DNA from: Phoronis australis
Taxonomy: Eukaryota > Animalia > Phoronida
DNA: 64,000 nucleotides
Assembly (NCBI GenBank): GCA_002633005.1
Contig: NMRA01000444.1
Location: 161,456-225,455, forward strand
Reading direction: 5' to 3'
Below, piece by piece: positions 22,801 to 36,195 of this stretch. The notes under the pieces were generated by a model. That model was given only the letters and a program-made list of their open reading frames with translations, was not told the DNA's origin and searched no databases. The position numbers were made by a program, and so were the translations under genes. The stretch's first letter is position 1; each line of letters starts with the position of its first letter.

Positions 22801-25800
22801 TTGTGTTAAGTGTAGTGCCTTTTACTTTTGATTACCATATATGAGGAAGCCGTGAATATTCTGTAATGAACTGGTCGTCAATAAATCGCCTATCAATTAC
22901 AAGATGATGGTTTAGCATAAAATAATTCTTGACCTTGTCCTTCCCATGTGAGATTGCTACAGGTGTTTTTCCAGTCCGATTGTATATTACTGCAGTTGAA
23001 CCAGAGCTTTGAACCCTGTCTCGATAAATGTCACATTTCAAGTCTGGGTTCAGGTTTAAATTTACGATGTTTCAATTATCCCCAGTAACCTGACCCTGCA
23101 CCATCACCTTGTTGATGGTTTTGTTCAAGACTCACACGTGTTCTCTCATTATACACTGACTCACCCCAGCACTATTGTCAAGAATTACTTCCCAGTATTT
23201 AAACATTTGTCACCCACCACAATAGGATCAATTAGTTCCCTTTCTTCACTCAGTACTATCGCTCAATATCTGATGATGTTCTGGCGTACCCCAGTACTAA
23301 AGTACCCAAAGGTACCATAAGACATTGCTAACAGCATCTCATAACATCTGTTCATTTCAGTGTTATTTGTCGTTGAGGTTTTGAACTTCGTAGACAAGGA
23401 GGGTGTGGATGAATACTACTCGATGACTTCAGTGAGTTGACTGTCCTCTTTTATAGAGAATGTTTCTTACCATCTGACATGCTCCAAACAATTTCAATGA
23501 ATTCGAATATTAAGTTAATTCGAAGAAAAAATTATTAAAATGCCTAACATGAAGTGTAATTGGGACGCTAACGTCTCGTTATTGAGTCCGGTTAGGATTT
23601 GATTTCAGTAAAACAAGCGAACTTTTAAGTCGATGAAAACAATTGCCATGTTGTAGTATATAGTATGCAGCATTTATTGACTAAACAAAACAGTAACAGT
23701 CGCAACTACAGTTACTCATAAACAATCTTAAGTTTCACTATTGGGCATTGTTAGTCTTTCTTCTGAAATGAAAATGCGGGCAGTGGCATTTGCGATTGAT
23801 GCTCCTTGATAGACGATCAAGCCCTAGCAATTTTGGGAAAACACCAAAATAATCACTTTAATTTGGAGGAAACGGCGGATGGTTTTGCAGGTATAGTCGA
23901 AAGTTTAAGGGACTAAACCTTAGTGGGTTTATGCATTCGTAATGCATAACCTGAAGATAATTCGTAAGAACTCCATACAAGTATGTTGTACAAATGATAA
24001 AAGACTAGAAAAACTTTTTCATTCCAAACTTTTTAGTTTTTGTTCAATCCCATTTTATCAACATTGTTGTGGATATTATGCACTTCTTTTGACAGGAGGA
24101 AAAACGGAATGCAAGTTGGGATGTAATCTCAAAAGTAGTGAGGGATGCAAAAGATGTAAGTTGAATGGCACCAAGCGTGTTCTGTACCAGACCCCAAACT
24201 TTTACCCTAAACTTTAAACATGTGGTACAGACTCCATTCTTGGGGACCAAATTCCAACCCTGGGCATCTTGTGTGATAGATCCTTCATAAACAAGTGAAC
24301 TGTCTTGGTATAAGGTGTGTAAAGCGATTTTTATGCTGTAGACATTTTGCGAAATTTGACCATAGGTGAATATTTTTCCCACTTCTGCTGATGTCATGGT
24401 GGCATCATATGACTACCACGTTCCTTAATGTAGCATCATGAATTTAATATTATGTGTTCCTACTTGGAAGAGCACAGGTAACACTCATTTTGGATGGTCA
24501 ACTGCAGCAGTGGCCCCTAGTCGGGATTCTCCACTTTTCGAAATTCAAAGAATGTGGAACAATCCTAGTTTGTGCATTTGTGATCACTATCTAACAATCA
24601 AAGGTAAACTAAGGGATCGTCTCCTTATATTGGGAGTTTTAGGCAGACTGCAATTTGTTGAAATAATTCATTGCAAGAATGAATGAATTAATCTTGTCAG
24701 ATGGGTTCACAACTCTCGCCCACTGTAGCACCCCCTTGTGGTAATTTGCATCTATATCGAAATCTATTAAGTATTGTTGTGGGTCTTCATGAAGTATGGG
24801 TGACATGTAGCTATTGTGGAATAAAGTACAGCCAGTGAAACATGAAATGCATTAGACAGTTACAATATATATACACATCCTTAGGCCTGTGTGTCTGCTT
24901 GTGAACTCTTAAACAAAAATTCTCTTGAATCTCTGGAAATATGTGCGTTATTTCTGCTTGAGGCACATGAGCCTAACACGGACATAAAGGGTAATGCGAC
25001 AAAATCAGAAATGTTTTAAAGATTTGCACATACCTGAAGCTAGAGAAATTCTTAAACAGAAATGCCACCTGAAAGCAAATGCATCATGTAGTGGTGTTTT
25101 CCTTTTCTTTTCCAATGCTTGGTTTCCCTTTACAGCGAGGCAAAGAGCTGTTCCAACGTTCAAACTACGGCCAGGCAAAGAACTGTTACTTACAGGCAGC
25201 GCGTTTCCTTGAAGACCATCGTCTGCAGAACAGTGAAGAGGAGGTGAAGTGGAAGGAGGCCTGCCTACGTGTCTACCTCAACCTGGCTGTTTGCTGCTCT
25301 AAGCTCTCCGACCCCAACGGCTGCCTCAGGTTTGCCCGTCGGGCTTTGGAGACTGACAAGAACAATGTGAAGGCTCTCTACTTGATGGGCAAGGTGGGTA
25401 CTATTGGAGGTGTACGCGTGCGTGTGCATTTGCTGGCCAATACATCAGCTCAAACTTAGCTGAATGTCAATATGTATGACATCGTATTATAATCAGCAGT
25501 GACCCGAATGCCAGCCAATGAGCCAAGTGAATGTCTTAGTTCCTCAGTTCACCAATAGGGAAAAATGCAAGTGGCAGAGTGACAAGGGAAACATAAAACA
25601 TCAAATTCTCTAGTGAATCAATTCTTTGAAGCGTTGATTTCCATGGAGTTATATTCACTGTATCATTTCTTCTCGTGTTTGTATTATCAATGTGTGAGGG
25701 TTACTATTTGATGTGCAGTTCGAGTGTGGTATGTGCAGATTTCTCACCCTGTTTATGTTTAGGGTTGGGTTCACCGACCAGTGCTGACTTCTGGTTTTAT

Positions 25801-28800
25801 AGGCTCAGTTAGAGGTGGAAACTAAATTATCTGCTCCTGCTCGTCACACAAATTGTGCTCATAGCTTGTGATCTTGATAATTGAATGAGCTTGTTGTTGT
25901 GTCATCCTCAGGATTTGTTTGAATTGCTCTGTTCATTGCAGTCACACAATCAAAAGAGAGACTTTAAGAAGGCGCGTAGTTACCTGGACAGAGCACGCAA
26001 GCTCAAGCACAACAGTCCTGAAATCAATGAGGAGATAGACAGACTCAATGAGAACATTGAGAAACACAAGGTGTTTGAGCGGGACATGTGCCAACGTATG
26101 TTTGCCCAAGCTTCCCACGATACGTTGCTAAGCAGCGGAGGAGAGAGAGGTGAGGCAAGAGATGAGAGTGAGTGCATGCGTGACAGATGGAGTGAGTGTG
26201 ACAAAGTGATGAGAGACTTGATCATGCTGTGCTGAGTCAGGTTTGAGGCATTAATGGGAATCACAAACCTTTGACAAACAACTCAGACCTTTAAACAGGA
26301 GTCTCCCCAATGCAGCAATCACAGAATTAGTCACAACTCTTGATCCCTCTTTATCATTTTACTTGAGTCGGCTTGCTCATGATTTGTCAGGAAGGTTCCA
26401 GGTACATAACGTGTTTTCATCTGTAAAGCTTTTGAATATGAGTGAAGTCGGTCAAAGGTCAGTGACTTGTATTCATTTCTTAGGCTTGTAAGGCTTGCGT
26501 TGACCAACCTGATCAACTTGTACAATTGATGTTGATGCATCAATAAAAATGGAACAAGGTTAGGCATACGCATCCTGTTCAGCACACAATAAGAACGAGT
26601 AAAACAGTGTTGATCCATAAGGCTTAGTCACAATACCGAGAGAGCATGAAGTGATTATTGACTTTGGCTCTTTTTTCCTTCAAATCTTGTGTTTAGTACA
26701 ATAGGTGTCGCTTTTAGTTCTTTTAAGTGCAATAAGCTGCATATAAATATTGTCAGACCCAAGAGATTGTAAGAAGGCCCCTCGCAAATTGTGGACATTT
26801 TGAAACACCATTGTCACTCATCTGCATACTGAAGGTGTGTTCAGTCGTGCACAGGTGTTTGATCTGTACATGAATACACCAACCAAGTTGCCATTGTATT
26901 GTAGATTTCATGGATTCATTAACATATTAACTTATGCAGGCCAATGTCAAACCTAATCATTATTAAGAAATAAGTAGTAGCTGCCTGGCATTTTGAAAAC
27001 CAGTTTTATCAACTGAATAACAGTCATCAAACTGGTTTTCAAAATCAAGGACCCCTGTAAGTGACTTGCCAAGAAATTCTATTTACCCATTTACCACGGA
27101 TTACAGTAAACCCACCAGTGGAAAGTGTGACTCGTCAGCCGACCACCACTCAAGAATGCTCACCTGAATTCAAAGTTTTAGTGAAGGAAAAGTTGGAGTA
27201 AGTTTGACTTTAAAGCTTGAAGTAGGCATTACAGTTATCAACCTGCCTAAATTTGGCACCAGTCTGTCATTGTATANATTGAGAAACACAAGGTGTTTGA
27301 GCGGGACATGTGCCAACGTATGTTTGCCCAAGCTTCCCACGATACGTTGCTGAGCAGCGGAGGAGAGAGAGGTGAGGCAAGAGATGAGAGTGAGTGCGTG
27401 TGTGTGACAGATGGAGTGAGTGTGACAAAGTGATGAGAGACATGATCATGCTGTGCGGAGTCAGGTTTGAGGCATTAATGGGAGTCACAAACCTTTGACA
27501 TACAACTCGGACCTTTAAACAGGGGTCTCCCCAATACAGCAATCACTGAATTAGTCACAACTTTTGATCTCTTTATCCTTTTAGTTGAGTCGGTGGCTTG
27601 TTTATGATTTGTCAAGATGGTTTTAGGTACATGAGTTAAACGTGTTTTCATCTATCAGGGCTTGGAATTTTCCGCGGAAACGCGGATTTCCGCTTTTTTC
27701 AAATGTTCTCTCCGCGCATTTTATTATATTTCCGCGTATAAAAATCGAATTTGATACAAAATTTCGGCGGCAAATTCCTTTCTTACCGCGGCGTTGCAGA
27801 CGACGTTCACCTCGAAAAGCGGAAGTTGCTCTTTATGTTTCGGAGGAATGTAAATTGTCAACATTGCCGGGGCATCTGGGTAAGCGTGGTGGGATTTTCA
27901 ATGGCGTCTCGTGTTATTGTAAACCGCGGCGACAAATACTACGGCTCTGCAGCCAAAAATGTGTGGGTTGGGAGTGGAAGGACGAGCTAAAAGGACGCAG
28001 ACACATGCTAGTGATGGTGGTAACGTGTCTTTTTTTTTAGTCCTCCCGATTTTTGTCGGGGAAAGGTTCACATCGACCATTTCAAGGCTGGGTAGCGCGC
28101 ATGATTTGGGCCGTAAAAGTTTCTGCGTTTTTTGTCATTGGTCATTCCAAGCCCTGATCTATAAAGCTTTTGAATTTGAGTGAAGTCGGTCAAAGGTCAG
28201 TGACTTGTATTCATTCCTTAGGCTTGTAAGGCTTGCGTCGACCAACGTGATTAACTTGTACAATTGATGTTGGTCCATCAGTAAAAATGGAGCAAGGTTA
28301 GGCTTGCCTGTGCAGGAACACGCATCCTGTTCAGCACACATACGAACGAGTAAAACTGTTGATCCATAAGGCTTAGTCGCAATACCGAGAGAGTATGAAG
28401 TGATTATTGACTTTGGCTCTTTTTTTCTTCAAATGTTACGTTTAGTACAATAGATGTCGCTTTCAGTTCTTTTAAGTGCAATAAGCTGCATATAAATATT
28501 GTCAGACCCAAGAGATTGTAAGAAGGCCTCTCGCAAATTGTGGAGATTTTGACACACCATTGTCACTCATCTGCGTACTGAAGGTGTTTTCAGTCGTGCA
28601 CAGGTGTTTGATCTGTGCATGAATACACCAACCAAGTTGTCATTGTATTGTGGATTTCATGGATTCATTAATATATTAACATGCAGGCCAAAGTCAAACC
28701 TAATCATTATTAAGAAATAAGTAGTAGCTGCCTGGCATTTTGAAAACCAGTTTTATCAACTGAATAACAGTCATCAAACAGGTTTTCAAAATCGAGGACC

Positions 28801-31084
28801 CCTGTAAGTGACTTGCCAAGAAATTCTATTTACCCATTTACCACGGATTACAGTAAACCCACCAGTGGAAAGTGTGACTCGTCAGCCGACCACCACTCAA
28901 GAATGCTCACCTGAATTCAAAGTTTTAGTGAAGGAAAAGTTGGAGTAAGTTTGACTTTAAAGCTTGAAGTAGGCATTACAGTTATCAACCTGCCTAAATT
29001 TGGCACCAGTCTGTCATTGTATACCAAAGAGTTAAAGGTGTTTTTAATTTTTGAAATTGTATATCCAAATTTCTTACATGGTATGGTATGTTTTTTGAAG
29101 TGTCTTCCATTTGAATCGAAGTCCTATCTATCGTTTTTGAAATCCTATCTCGTTTGTTAATGTTCCTTTCCATTGTATTTTGTTAAAGTGCCACTTGGCA
29201 CCATCTGTGGTCAGGAGTGGAACTCTGCATTGAATGCTACAAGTTCATTGCTTGCATCAATGGAAAAATTCGTCTCCACTAACCTGATTTATTTATATTG
29301 TTGAAGTTTGTTATTTTGCCTTGAACTAATTCGTTCCGTGTGGACTTAAATGTGCTATCAAACTAACTTCGGTCAAAACTGGTCTCAAATTGTTCCATAC
29401 TTAGATTAGATGTGATTACTAGTCTTATTTAGCAATGTGTGTGAAGCGATGGCTTGATAGGTTAACTTGACGTGGCGGCTCATTTTATGTAGCAAGCAAT
29501 GAACAGTGAGTTGTTCTCAGGCCCAGAAGTCTATGTCACTTGCACCCAAGTTGAGACCAGTTTCGTAGCTGTAACTGGCCTTAAATCAACAGTTAAGACA
29601 TTTTTGGCACAAAGCAGGCATGCGTTCAGTAACGCTAGGACCAAAGCTAGGACCTAGCTAAGATCTAGCCAAAGTCACGTGTCCTCATTTAAAATGCATA
29701 CCAATATCTCACATAATCTCACGAAGTCTTGCTTTTTAGCGAGGTCCTAGCGTTACTGAACGGGAGGCATGTGTATAGCGATTTCATAAAATATAAAAGC
29801 TACCATTTTTAATTTCGAAAAAATGATTGCTAGCAAAATATAATGCAGTTGAACCATGGGCTTACTATGTGGTGGAACCAGAGGAGAGTTAGACCAAAAC
29901 AAGTAAACATTTGTGCATTAGGGTACCAGTAGGAGAGTGCTGTGGTGTCTAGCTATTGGAAGCTATGCCTTATGTCTCCTGAACAGGCACGTCCAGCTAT
30001 GCCTGGGAGTTGAACCATGCTACAGGGAATGATCCTTGGAATTTTCTGTATTGTTGTTTGTAACAGGAGCTTGTTCACAGTAAGTTAATTTCAGACTTGT
30101 AGAGTTGAACATTGCAAACGAGCAATTTCGTTACCCTGGACCATTGCAGGGGGTTCCACTGTGTAATCTTACCTGCTTCATTCTTTTTCCTTTATCCTGT
30201 TGACGTTGTCCTTGCTTTTGAATTTACTTTGTTGCTGTATTTTGTTTTCAGAAAATTTGTGGCTGATGATAGTCTTGCCACAATGCCAGTTGAAGCAGAT
30301 TCCTACACATCAGCTGAAATAGCTTGTATTGTGGAGACAGCTGATGACATGGGGCTTAGATTTGATAGGAAAGTGGAGGTAGGTTCTAGAACATCACTGG
30401 CACATCTTTGTTCATCTATCTATCTCTCTTGAAGCACTTCTGAAGTGGTGCATGTTACGAAATTATGTTTGTTAAATATTATATTTGCAACCTAACAGTT
30501 GTTTGCATTAATTTGTTAATTCCGCGAAATCGAAGGAATTTCATGTATTCAGCAAGTAATTCATGAAATACTAATTTAAAAACTAAGGTTAATGTTACGT
30601 TTGACCGAATACATTTTAGTTGGAGAACCATTTGTGGAGTAGATGTCGTCTCCATATCATTGTAGTGTAATGTAGCGCTTCTTGTGTAATGATTAACAGC
30701 TGCAATTGTCAGTCCATCAGGACCATTCATCAGCACAGTTTATTGAAAACTTAGCACATCTTGTTTATCAAGCAAAACGATGGAGACTCTAATGTTTGCT
30801 TAATATGCATTGTTTGTTACCTAGTGAGGCTACACTAGTCCCTCAGCTAATACCAGAAAATACCAGCACAGCAGTATGGTTCAAACCTAGGCTTCCATGT
30901 AGTGCTTAATGAATGAATGAATGTACACATGCAAACCACAAACAATCAAGTGTTAAAATCATGAAAAGATTTTTTTTTGGAAACTCACTAATTGTATAAA
31001 AGCAGATTCCATAACCATCTGTTTGTCTCACAGGAATGGACAGTTAACGCAGTGCTTTCACATTCTGTGCTGAATTTCATTTAG
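13851..31084 (+). CDS. FKBP6: FKBP6 / shutdown: inactive-type FKBP PPIase domain + TPR Hsp90 co-chaperone of the piRNA pathway (multi-exon)
   Basis: Phase-consistent GT-AG exons: 13851-13919, 17885-17972, 21449-21679, 22140-22229, 22552-22683, 23361-23431, 24096-24155, 25136-25393, 25942-26149, 27107-27197 (duplicate 28854-28944), 30252-30378; terminal exon tentative (31034-31084). Motifs VHYNGYLEYADEPFDSTRLR, GIATMKKGEEAQFLIKSDYGY..QGCPPRIP, TPR YLNLAVC...KALYLMGK. Confidence 0.88.
15240..15505. repeat. Intronic minisatellite, 30-bp unit, ~9 copies
   Basis: CTGGCAGGCCTTTATGCAGCGTACGTTACT; explains the repetitive ORFs at 15288-15704. Confidence 0.9.
15790..15935 (+). repeat. Dispersed repeat, second copy at ~33637-33786
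   Basis: GGGTCATACC.TAGTGTA...AAATGGAACAGCAGTGACACCTGTTGCCAAAATATAAACC is shared by both sites. Confidence 0.7.
16940..17761. mobile_element. Tc1/mariner (pogo/Tigger-like) MITE
   Basis: TA|CCGTAAACGTTCGGGTTAACGCCC...GGGCGTTAACCCGAACGTTTACGA|TA; subterminal GGGCGGTTAACCGA repeats. Confidence 0.8.
18370..20720 (+). mobile_element. 5'-truncated LINE (APE endonuclease, CR1/L2-like ORF2) in FKBP6 intron 2
   Basis: YRSPS, GDFNA, PTR, SCLDL and SDH endonuclease motifs; C-terminal CxC..H....C after the N gap; AATAAA plus poly(A) at 20697-20720; TSD ATTCTACT at 18362-18369 and 20721-20728. Confidence 0.9.
19441..20111. other. Assembly gap (N run)
   Basis: 671 N inside the LINE. Confidence 0.99.
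26056..29023 (+). repeat. Near-identical tandem duplication (26056-27276 and 27278-29023) joined at a single N
   Basis: Both copies begin ATTGAGAAACACAAGGTG and end CTGTCATTGTATA; N at 27277. Confidence 0.9.
27656..28156. mobile_element. 501-bp hAT-like MITE with 6-bp TSD
   Basis: TIR CAGGGCTTGGAAT/ATTCCAAGCCCTG; TSD ATCTAT at 27650-27655 and 28157-28162; empty site ATCTGT present in the other duplicate copy (~26419). Confidence 0.85.
29623..29762. mobile_element. Short Harbinger-like MITE
   Basis: 20-bp inverted repeat CGTTCAGTAACGCTAGGACC/GGTCCTAGCGTTACTGAACG. Confidence 0.6.
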
Positions 31085-34000
31085 AAATACACTAAAAGTA
31101 ATGAAAGAAATTTAGAACTGCTTTCTCAGGGAATAGATAATCTCTACCAACTAAATGTCCTTTAGACATGGACTAAAAGTAATTAAACAGATTTCAATTG
31201 CTTTCTCAGAGGACAGTCAATCTATGACTGCTGTATGAGCTGTTACTCTTGCCTCGTGGACCCTTGATGTGCATGGTGGAATTTCCAACGTTCTATTTTA
31301 AATGTAAACTTTCAGAGACTGTTTCATAAAATGACACAGTAAGCGTTCAAAATGGTCTCCGATTTATTACTAGGGAATCTATGCGATGTAACTCTTTTGA
31401 CACATCTGCATCTGTTTTTAGGGAAGTTGTGTGATATTGGTGATAAGGAAGGCAGAGTGAAACCTTCGTGCCATTTTTGGTTCACAATGCTTATATGGAA
31501 AGATGTGTTCCACCTCAAGACTCTCGTACAGACGTCAGGTTTGCTTCAGTGGTGGCCAGTATAGTACTGTACCTGTAAATTAGATTTCAATTGGTGCTAT
31601 GTGAGATTTTGATTCTGTATTTCAAGACAACTGTGTATATTAGTTCCGAACATTGTTGACCTAAGAAGTTTCTCTTGTTGTTTACGAAAATGTTCTCTGA
31701 GTATAAGTGTTCATGGCTATTAAACAATAAATATTTTTTATTTTTTTATTTTAATATTTGTCACTTTTGTGTATTACGAAGTTAAGAGCTGCCAGTTCAC
31801 CTTTTGCAAATCTCTTTCAGTTTGTGCCTGTAATTTGTCATTGGTATTTTCAAATCCATGTTTTGGAGGCAGATTACAACTTTTTGATGTTGTATTAAAA
31901 CGGTACTTTATCAGGATGCAAGGTTAAATAAGTCATTTACCAAATTCCTTATCCCTCTCTGAGGGTTTAAGGAAATTAAAAAAAAATTGAAAACAGCTTT
32001 GTCTTATATTAGTTGGCAAGGTTGAATTACTTCACCTTGTGTATTGTCAATAATATTTTGACATAAAACGTTGGTACCATTTCACTCTTTGTAAAATCGT
32101 TGTCAACATTCATAATGCAGACTTTGTCAAGAGTATTTCACACTGTGTAATATTGTTGTCAACATTGTTTCATATTGTGGAATAATATTGTCAAAAAATT
32201 TCTGAGAAATATTGCCCAACTTTGTTTCGGGCTTGGGAGTCTTGCAGTAATTGTTTAAGCTTAAACATCTCTTCAGTTGTGAAAAATTTCGTGATGACTC
32301 AGAATCATGCAGCACATTCTAAATTTTTATCGTCAATTTGATCATAAAATCAAGGGGAAGAATTGTTGTCACTTACAACTTTACATATCTTGTACAATTA
32401 AGTCAAATCTCTAAATGCAGTGAAAGTTCAAAAAAACACTGATTTTATGAAGCTTAACAATGAACAGAATGGAAATATCTCTGACATCAGAAAGTTCAAA
32501 AAAGTGAAATTTCCTTGAAACATGAATTCGCGTGATTGAAGAATTGTCCAAACTGTTCTCATCCACCTGAATAGTGTGGCTCTGTTAGCAGGCTTATTAG
32601 GTTTACAACCTTTACTTTTTGAAATACTTATTAAAATAAACTGTTAAATATTCATATACACAGAGGTGTATGTCATGTAATATGTTGAGTTCATGAATCA
32701 AGTGCCTTTACTTTGAATCTCTTGCATATTTACTTGATGACACTTCTGTGCTACTAACACTCAAAGTTGGAAGTCAGTGTCCAATCTCTAACACACACAC
32801 CCCAGCTTTTTTCAAAGGAGTCTTTAGTTCCACTGACATCAAGCGATGTAACTTTTGCCAACTCCTCATTAAGGTCTACCCTGAACACCCAGTGTTCACA
32901 TGTTTTGAACATTTTGTGTTGGTGTAACATTCTTATTCTTTCATCTCAGATGGAGTTTGTTTGTTTGGCAGCACCAAGCAAATGTTGGGTTCTTTCTCAT
33001 CACACAGGCCACAAAAGCTTTTTTGCTAATTCTTGAAACTAGGTCTTCAAACAGTCGCTCTTCCTCCTAGCTGCGAGACATGTTTTTACAAATTCGCCAT
33101 AAGAAGAAGCTGAACTCGGCAAATGATACGCCCTGTCACATACATTGAATATTTGTAGGCTCTTGGCACCCCACACTGCAGATTCTTCATGAGGTTTTCC
33201 CTTCTGTTGTCAGGTTTGTGGATTTTTGGCTCCGCTTGTTGACTATTAGAAGAATCAAAGTGAAAAAATGTAGAATGAGAAGAATTATTCCATTAAATAA
33301 ATAATGATCTTGTCTCTAAGTTGATCTTGTTTGTCCTTGCCTTCTTTCGTATAGGATAGTGTGCTCTTGATATCTCTTTGTACCTTCTCTGTGTTATCTT
33401 TTGTTTCAGATATTACATTCTACTTTATCAAATGTCATCTATAGCATCTCGCAGTATATATTAAATAATACATTTGCAGAAAGTGACGTGATATACAATT
33501 GCTAAGCCCCGCATAAACATAACTGTACTTATTGCTATAGTCCTTGTATTCATTAATTGAAGGTTAATGCAAAAATGTATAGACAAATTTCTCCAATTTT
33601 GTTCAACGGAATTGGCAATGCTGTCAATTTACATAGGGGTCATACCTTAGTGTAATTCCAAACTGGTGTTTCAGAGCTTTGATTTCATGATTCTCATTGG
33701 CGTCTCTTTCGTTCTTTTCAATGTGTGTTTTAAGTTTTTGAAATGGAACAGCAGTGACACCTGTTGCCAAAATATAAACCACACATCACTTAAGTTTTCT
33801 AAATAGCATCCCTAAGATTTCAAGTTCCTGTGGAGTCAGTATTAAGAACGAGATCGGTTCAAATCCTTGTTTTCGTTAAATGAAGGTTAATGCAAAAATT
33901 GGCAATGCTGTCAACTTATTTTCTTTTTTCATTGCTCCAAATTCTTGAAATATGGATTGATGTGATATTTACCCTGAACAACCACAAGAATGGAAAACAA

Positions 34001-35300
34001 TTTTCTTTTTCTTCAGAAACAGCAAATCTGATTTTTTTAATGAAAGCAGGGAGTCAAAGTCAGGGTCAAATGAAAAGGGCAGTCTAATCTTCAAGTATTG
34101 GTGTTGACATGTTTAAGGAACCATTAGTTTCAAAAAGGGTTGCAATTGGGAATTTAATTTCCTGGAAAAGTTTTTGAGTTTGTTGTCCATTTTTTTGAAT
34201 TTCTGTGACCTCTCCAACTTTGACTTTTTACATACATTTATTAACAGTGAGCACATTTACAATAACACAAAAAGACAAGAACAACACAGACACACGCATA
34301 CTCCACACCTAATCTTGACTACTAAGAAAAACAGTTTCAAAATTACACCATCTTTTTTGTACTAATTCTGAATTCAAATCCTTACGAGCACTATACTTTG
34401 CACTCATATATTATTCTTTGATGGCGTTAAAATCTACTTAGAAGTAATCTTTTTGATCAGAACTTTTGGGTATAAATAAACTGTTTAGCCAATAATAAAA
34501 CAATGTTATTAAAAAATTCCTTTTTATTAAAAAAGACAAAAATAATGTTGCAAAAGAGATTGCCGACACACTGGGGATTTGCTTTTTTAAAATTTTATTA
34601 ACTTTTTGTTATATAGAAGGGAATGAACATCTTCCCATGAAAAATTATTTGTATTTACGTTCAATTCTTTGGCCCATTGTGACTCCACTTTTGAGACTTC
34701 GGAACTATAATTTTACTGTGTAGAAATATGTCGACACACTTTCCCACCACTTTTCAGTTTCATTAAAGTTGTTGGCATAACACGACTTCCTTTTGATTTC
34801 TGCTTGTTTTTAGCAGGGTAAACAATGAAATCAACAGCAGGGATTGATTTTTGACCAACTCAATGCTTGTGTGATACAATGTCATCGCTTGGGGCATTAT
34901 GTTTTGTCTTTGATTTTTTTGGATAGTACAATAATGATCTCGAGGACAGTGTCTCCTTGTTGCTTAAGAGGGGCAGTCCTTTGCCTTTAGTTACTGTTGG
35001 TGTGGAAGGAGCTTCTCTTTCATCAATGCAAGTGTCAAGATGATCCAAAAACCATTCAATACTTGTATCAGAATATTTCTTGGCAATCCTGACCAACCCT
35101 GTCTCAAGATCCTGTGTCGGCTTTTGGGAGGAGTTGTACTGGCGGAAGTTTAGGTGTGCTTTTTGATTTTCTACAGTACTCCTTAATGCTGGAAAATCTG
35201 TGTTTTTAAGCTTGGGACCTCTTTATCTGGTTTGCCTGAATTATGAAAGAATATTAAATTGATCATGATTACCATTTAATCTTATTGAAGGAATTTCCTG

Positions 35301-36195
35301 TTCCCGGTTGCATGAAACAGTGCCTAATTAGGAACTTAACCAAGTTCCCAAACTAGTTAGGGAAGTCCCTGTAACGATTTTGTTTAAGGACTGTTGCATA
35401 AAGAGGTCCTACACTCGGTCCTTATTGGAAGCGCCCTAAATCCTAAGTAAGTTCCCAAAGCCGAACAATCCTGATGATCGCTGTGGCTTAAAAGTCACTT
35501 ATTATGGCCAAAATTACTATCAACGAGAGAATACCTGTTGCATTTACGTCCTCTGTTCCACCTTTTGAATGATTGTTTGAGTAGAGTGCACAGTCAATGT
35601 GCATTATCTGAGAATTCGAGTTTCTACTGCTGTTGAGAGAGCAGACGATCGATTGTGGCCGCCCACGCTAATGTAAATTAAAAACAGTTGTGGCGAACTG
35701 GTGAGAATACCAGAATCTCCGGTTGGAGTCACCACACTTCCCAACGTGCTGTTAAAGTCGTCTGCTCGGGGAATTAACTGAGACATGGGGTAAGTCGTGA
35801 CACTATAGTAATAGGTAAATTCAGTTAACGATGGAACTAACCTGTACAGTGGGTGAGATCACGGCTTTCCTGTTCGTCCACTTCAGCTTCTCTTCAAGTT
35901 CTCTAACTATCATGAATATCCCGGCCCTTGAAAATCTAAATCTTTCGTTTAGCTCACTGTCCCTAAAAGTCTCGAGCGAGTTAGTTCTGTCACGGAAAAT
36001 TCTTTTTTCAACAGCAATATGAGCTTGATCAGCCATTTTATTGCTAGGGACTCAACTTAGGGACTAACTTTCGGTAATCCCAAAAGTTGAGTCCCTATTT
36101 GATGCCTAAATAACAGGGAACTTTTCATGCAACAGTCCCTCGCTAAACTTTAGGGACATCCCTAACAATTAGGGACTGTTTCATGCAACTGGGCA
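35301..36195 (-). mobile_element. Internally deleted PIF/Harbinger element with transposase N-terminus
   Basis: TIR CCCGGTTGCATGAAACAG.../CTGTTTCATGCAACTGGG; ORF 35821-36036 (RIFRDRTNSLE...ERFRFSR...ISPTVQ) resembles the HARBI1-type N-terminus. Confidence 0.75.
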
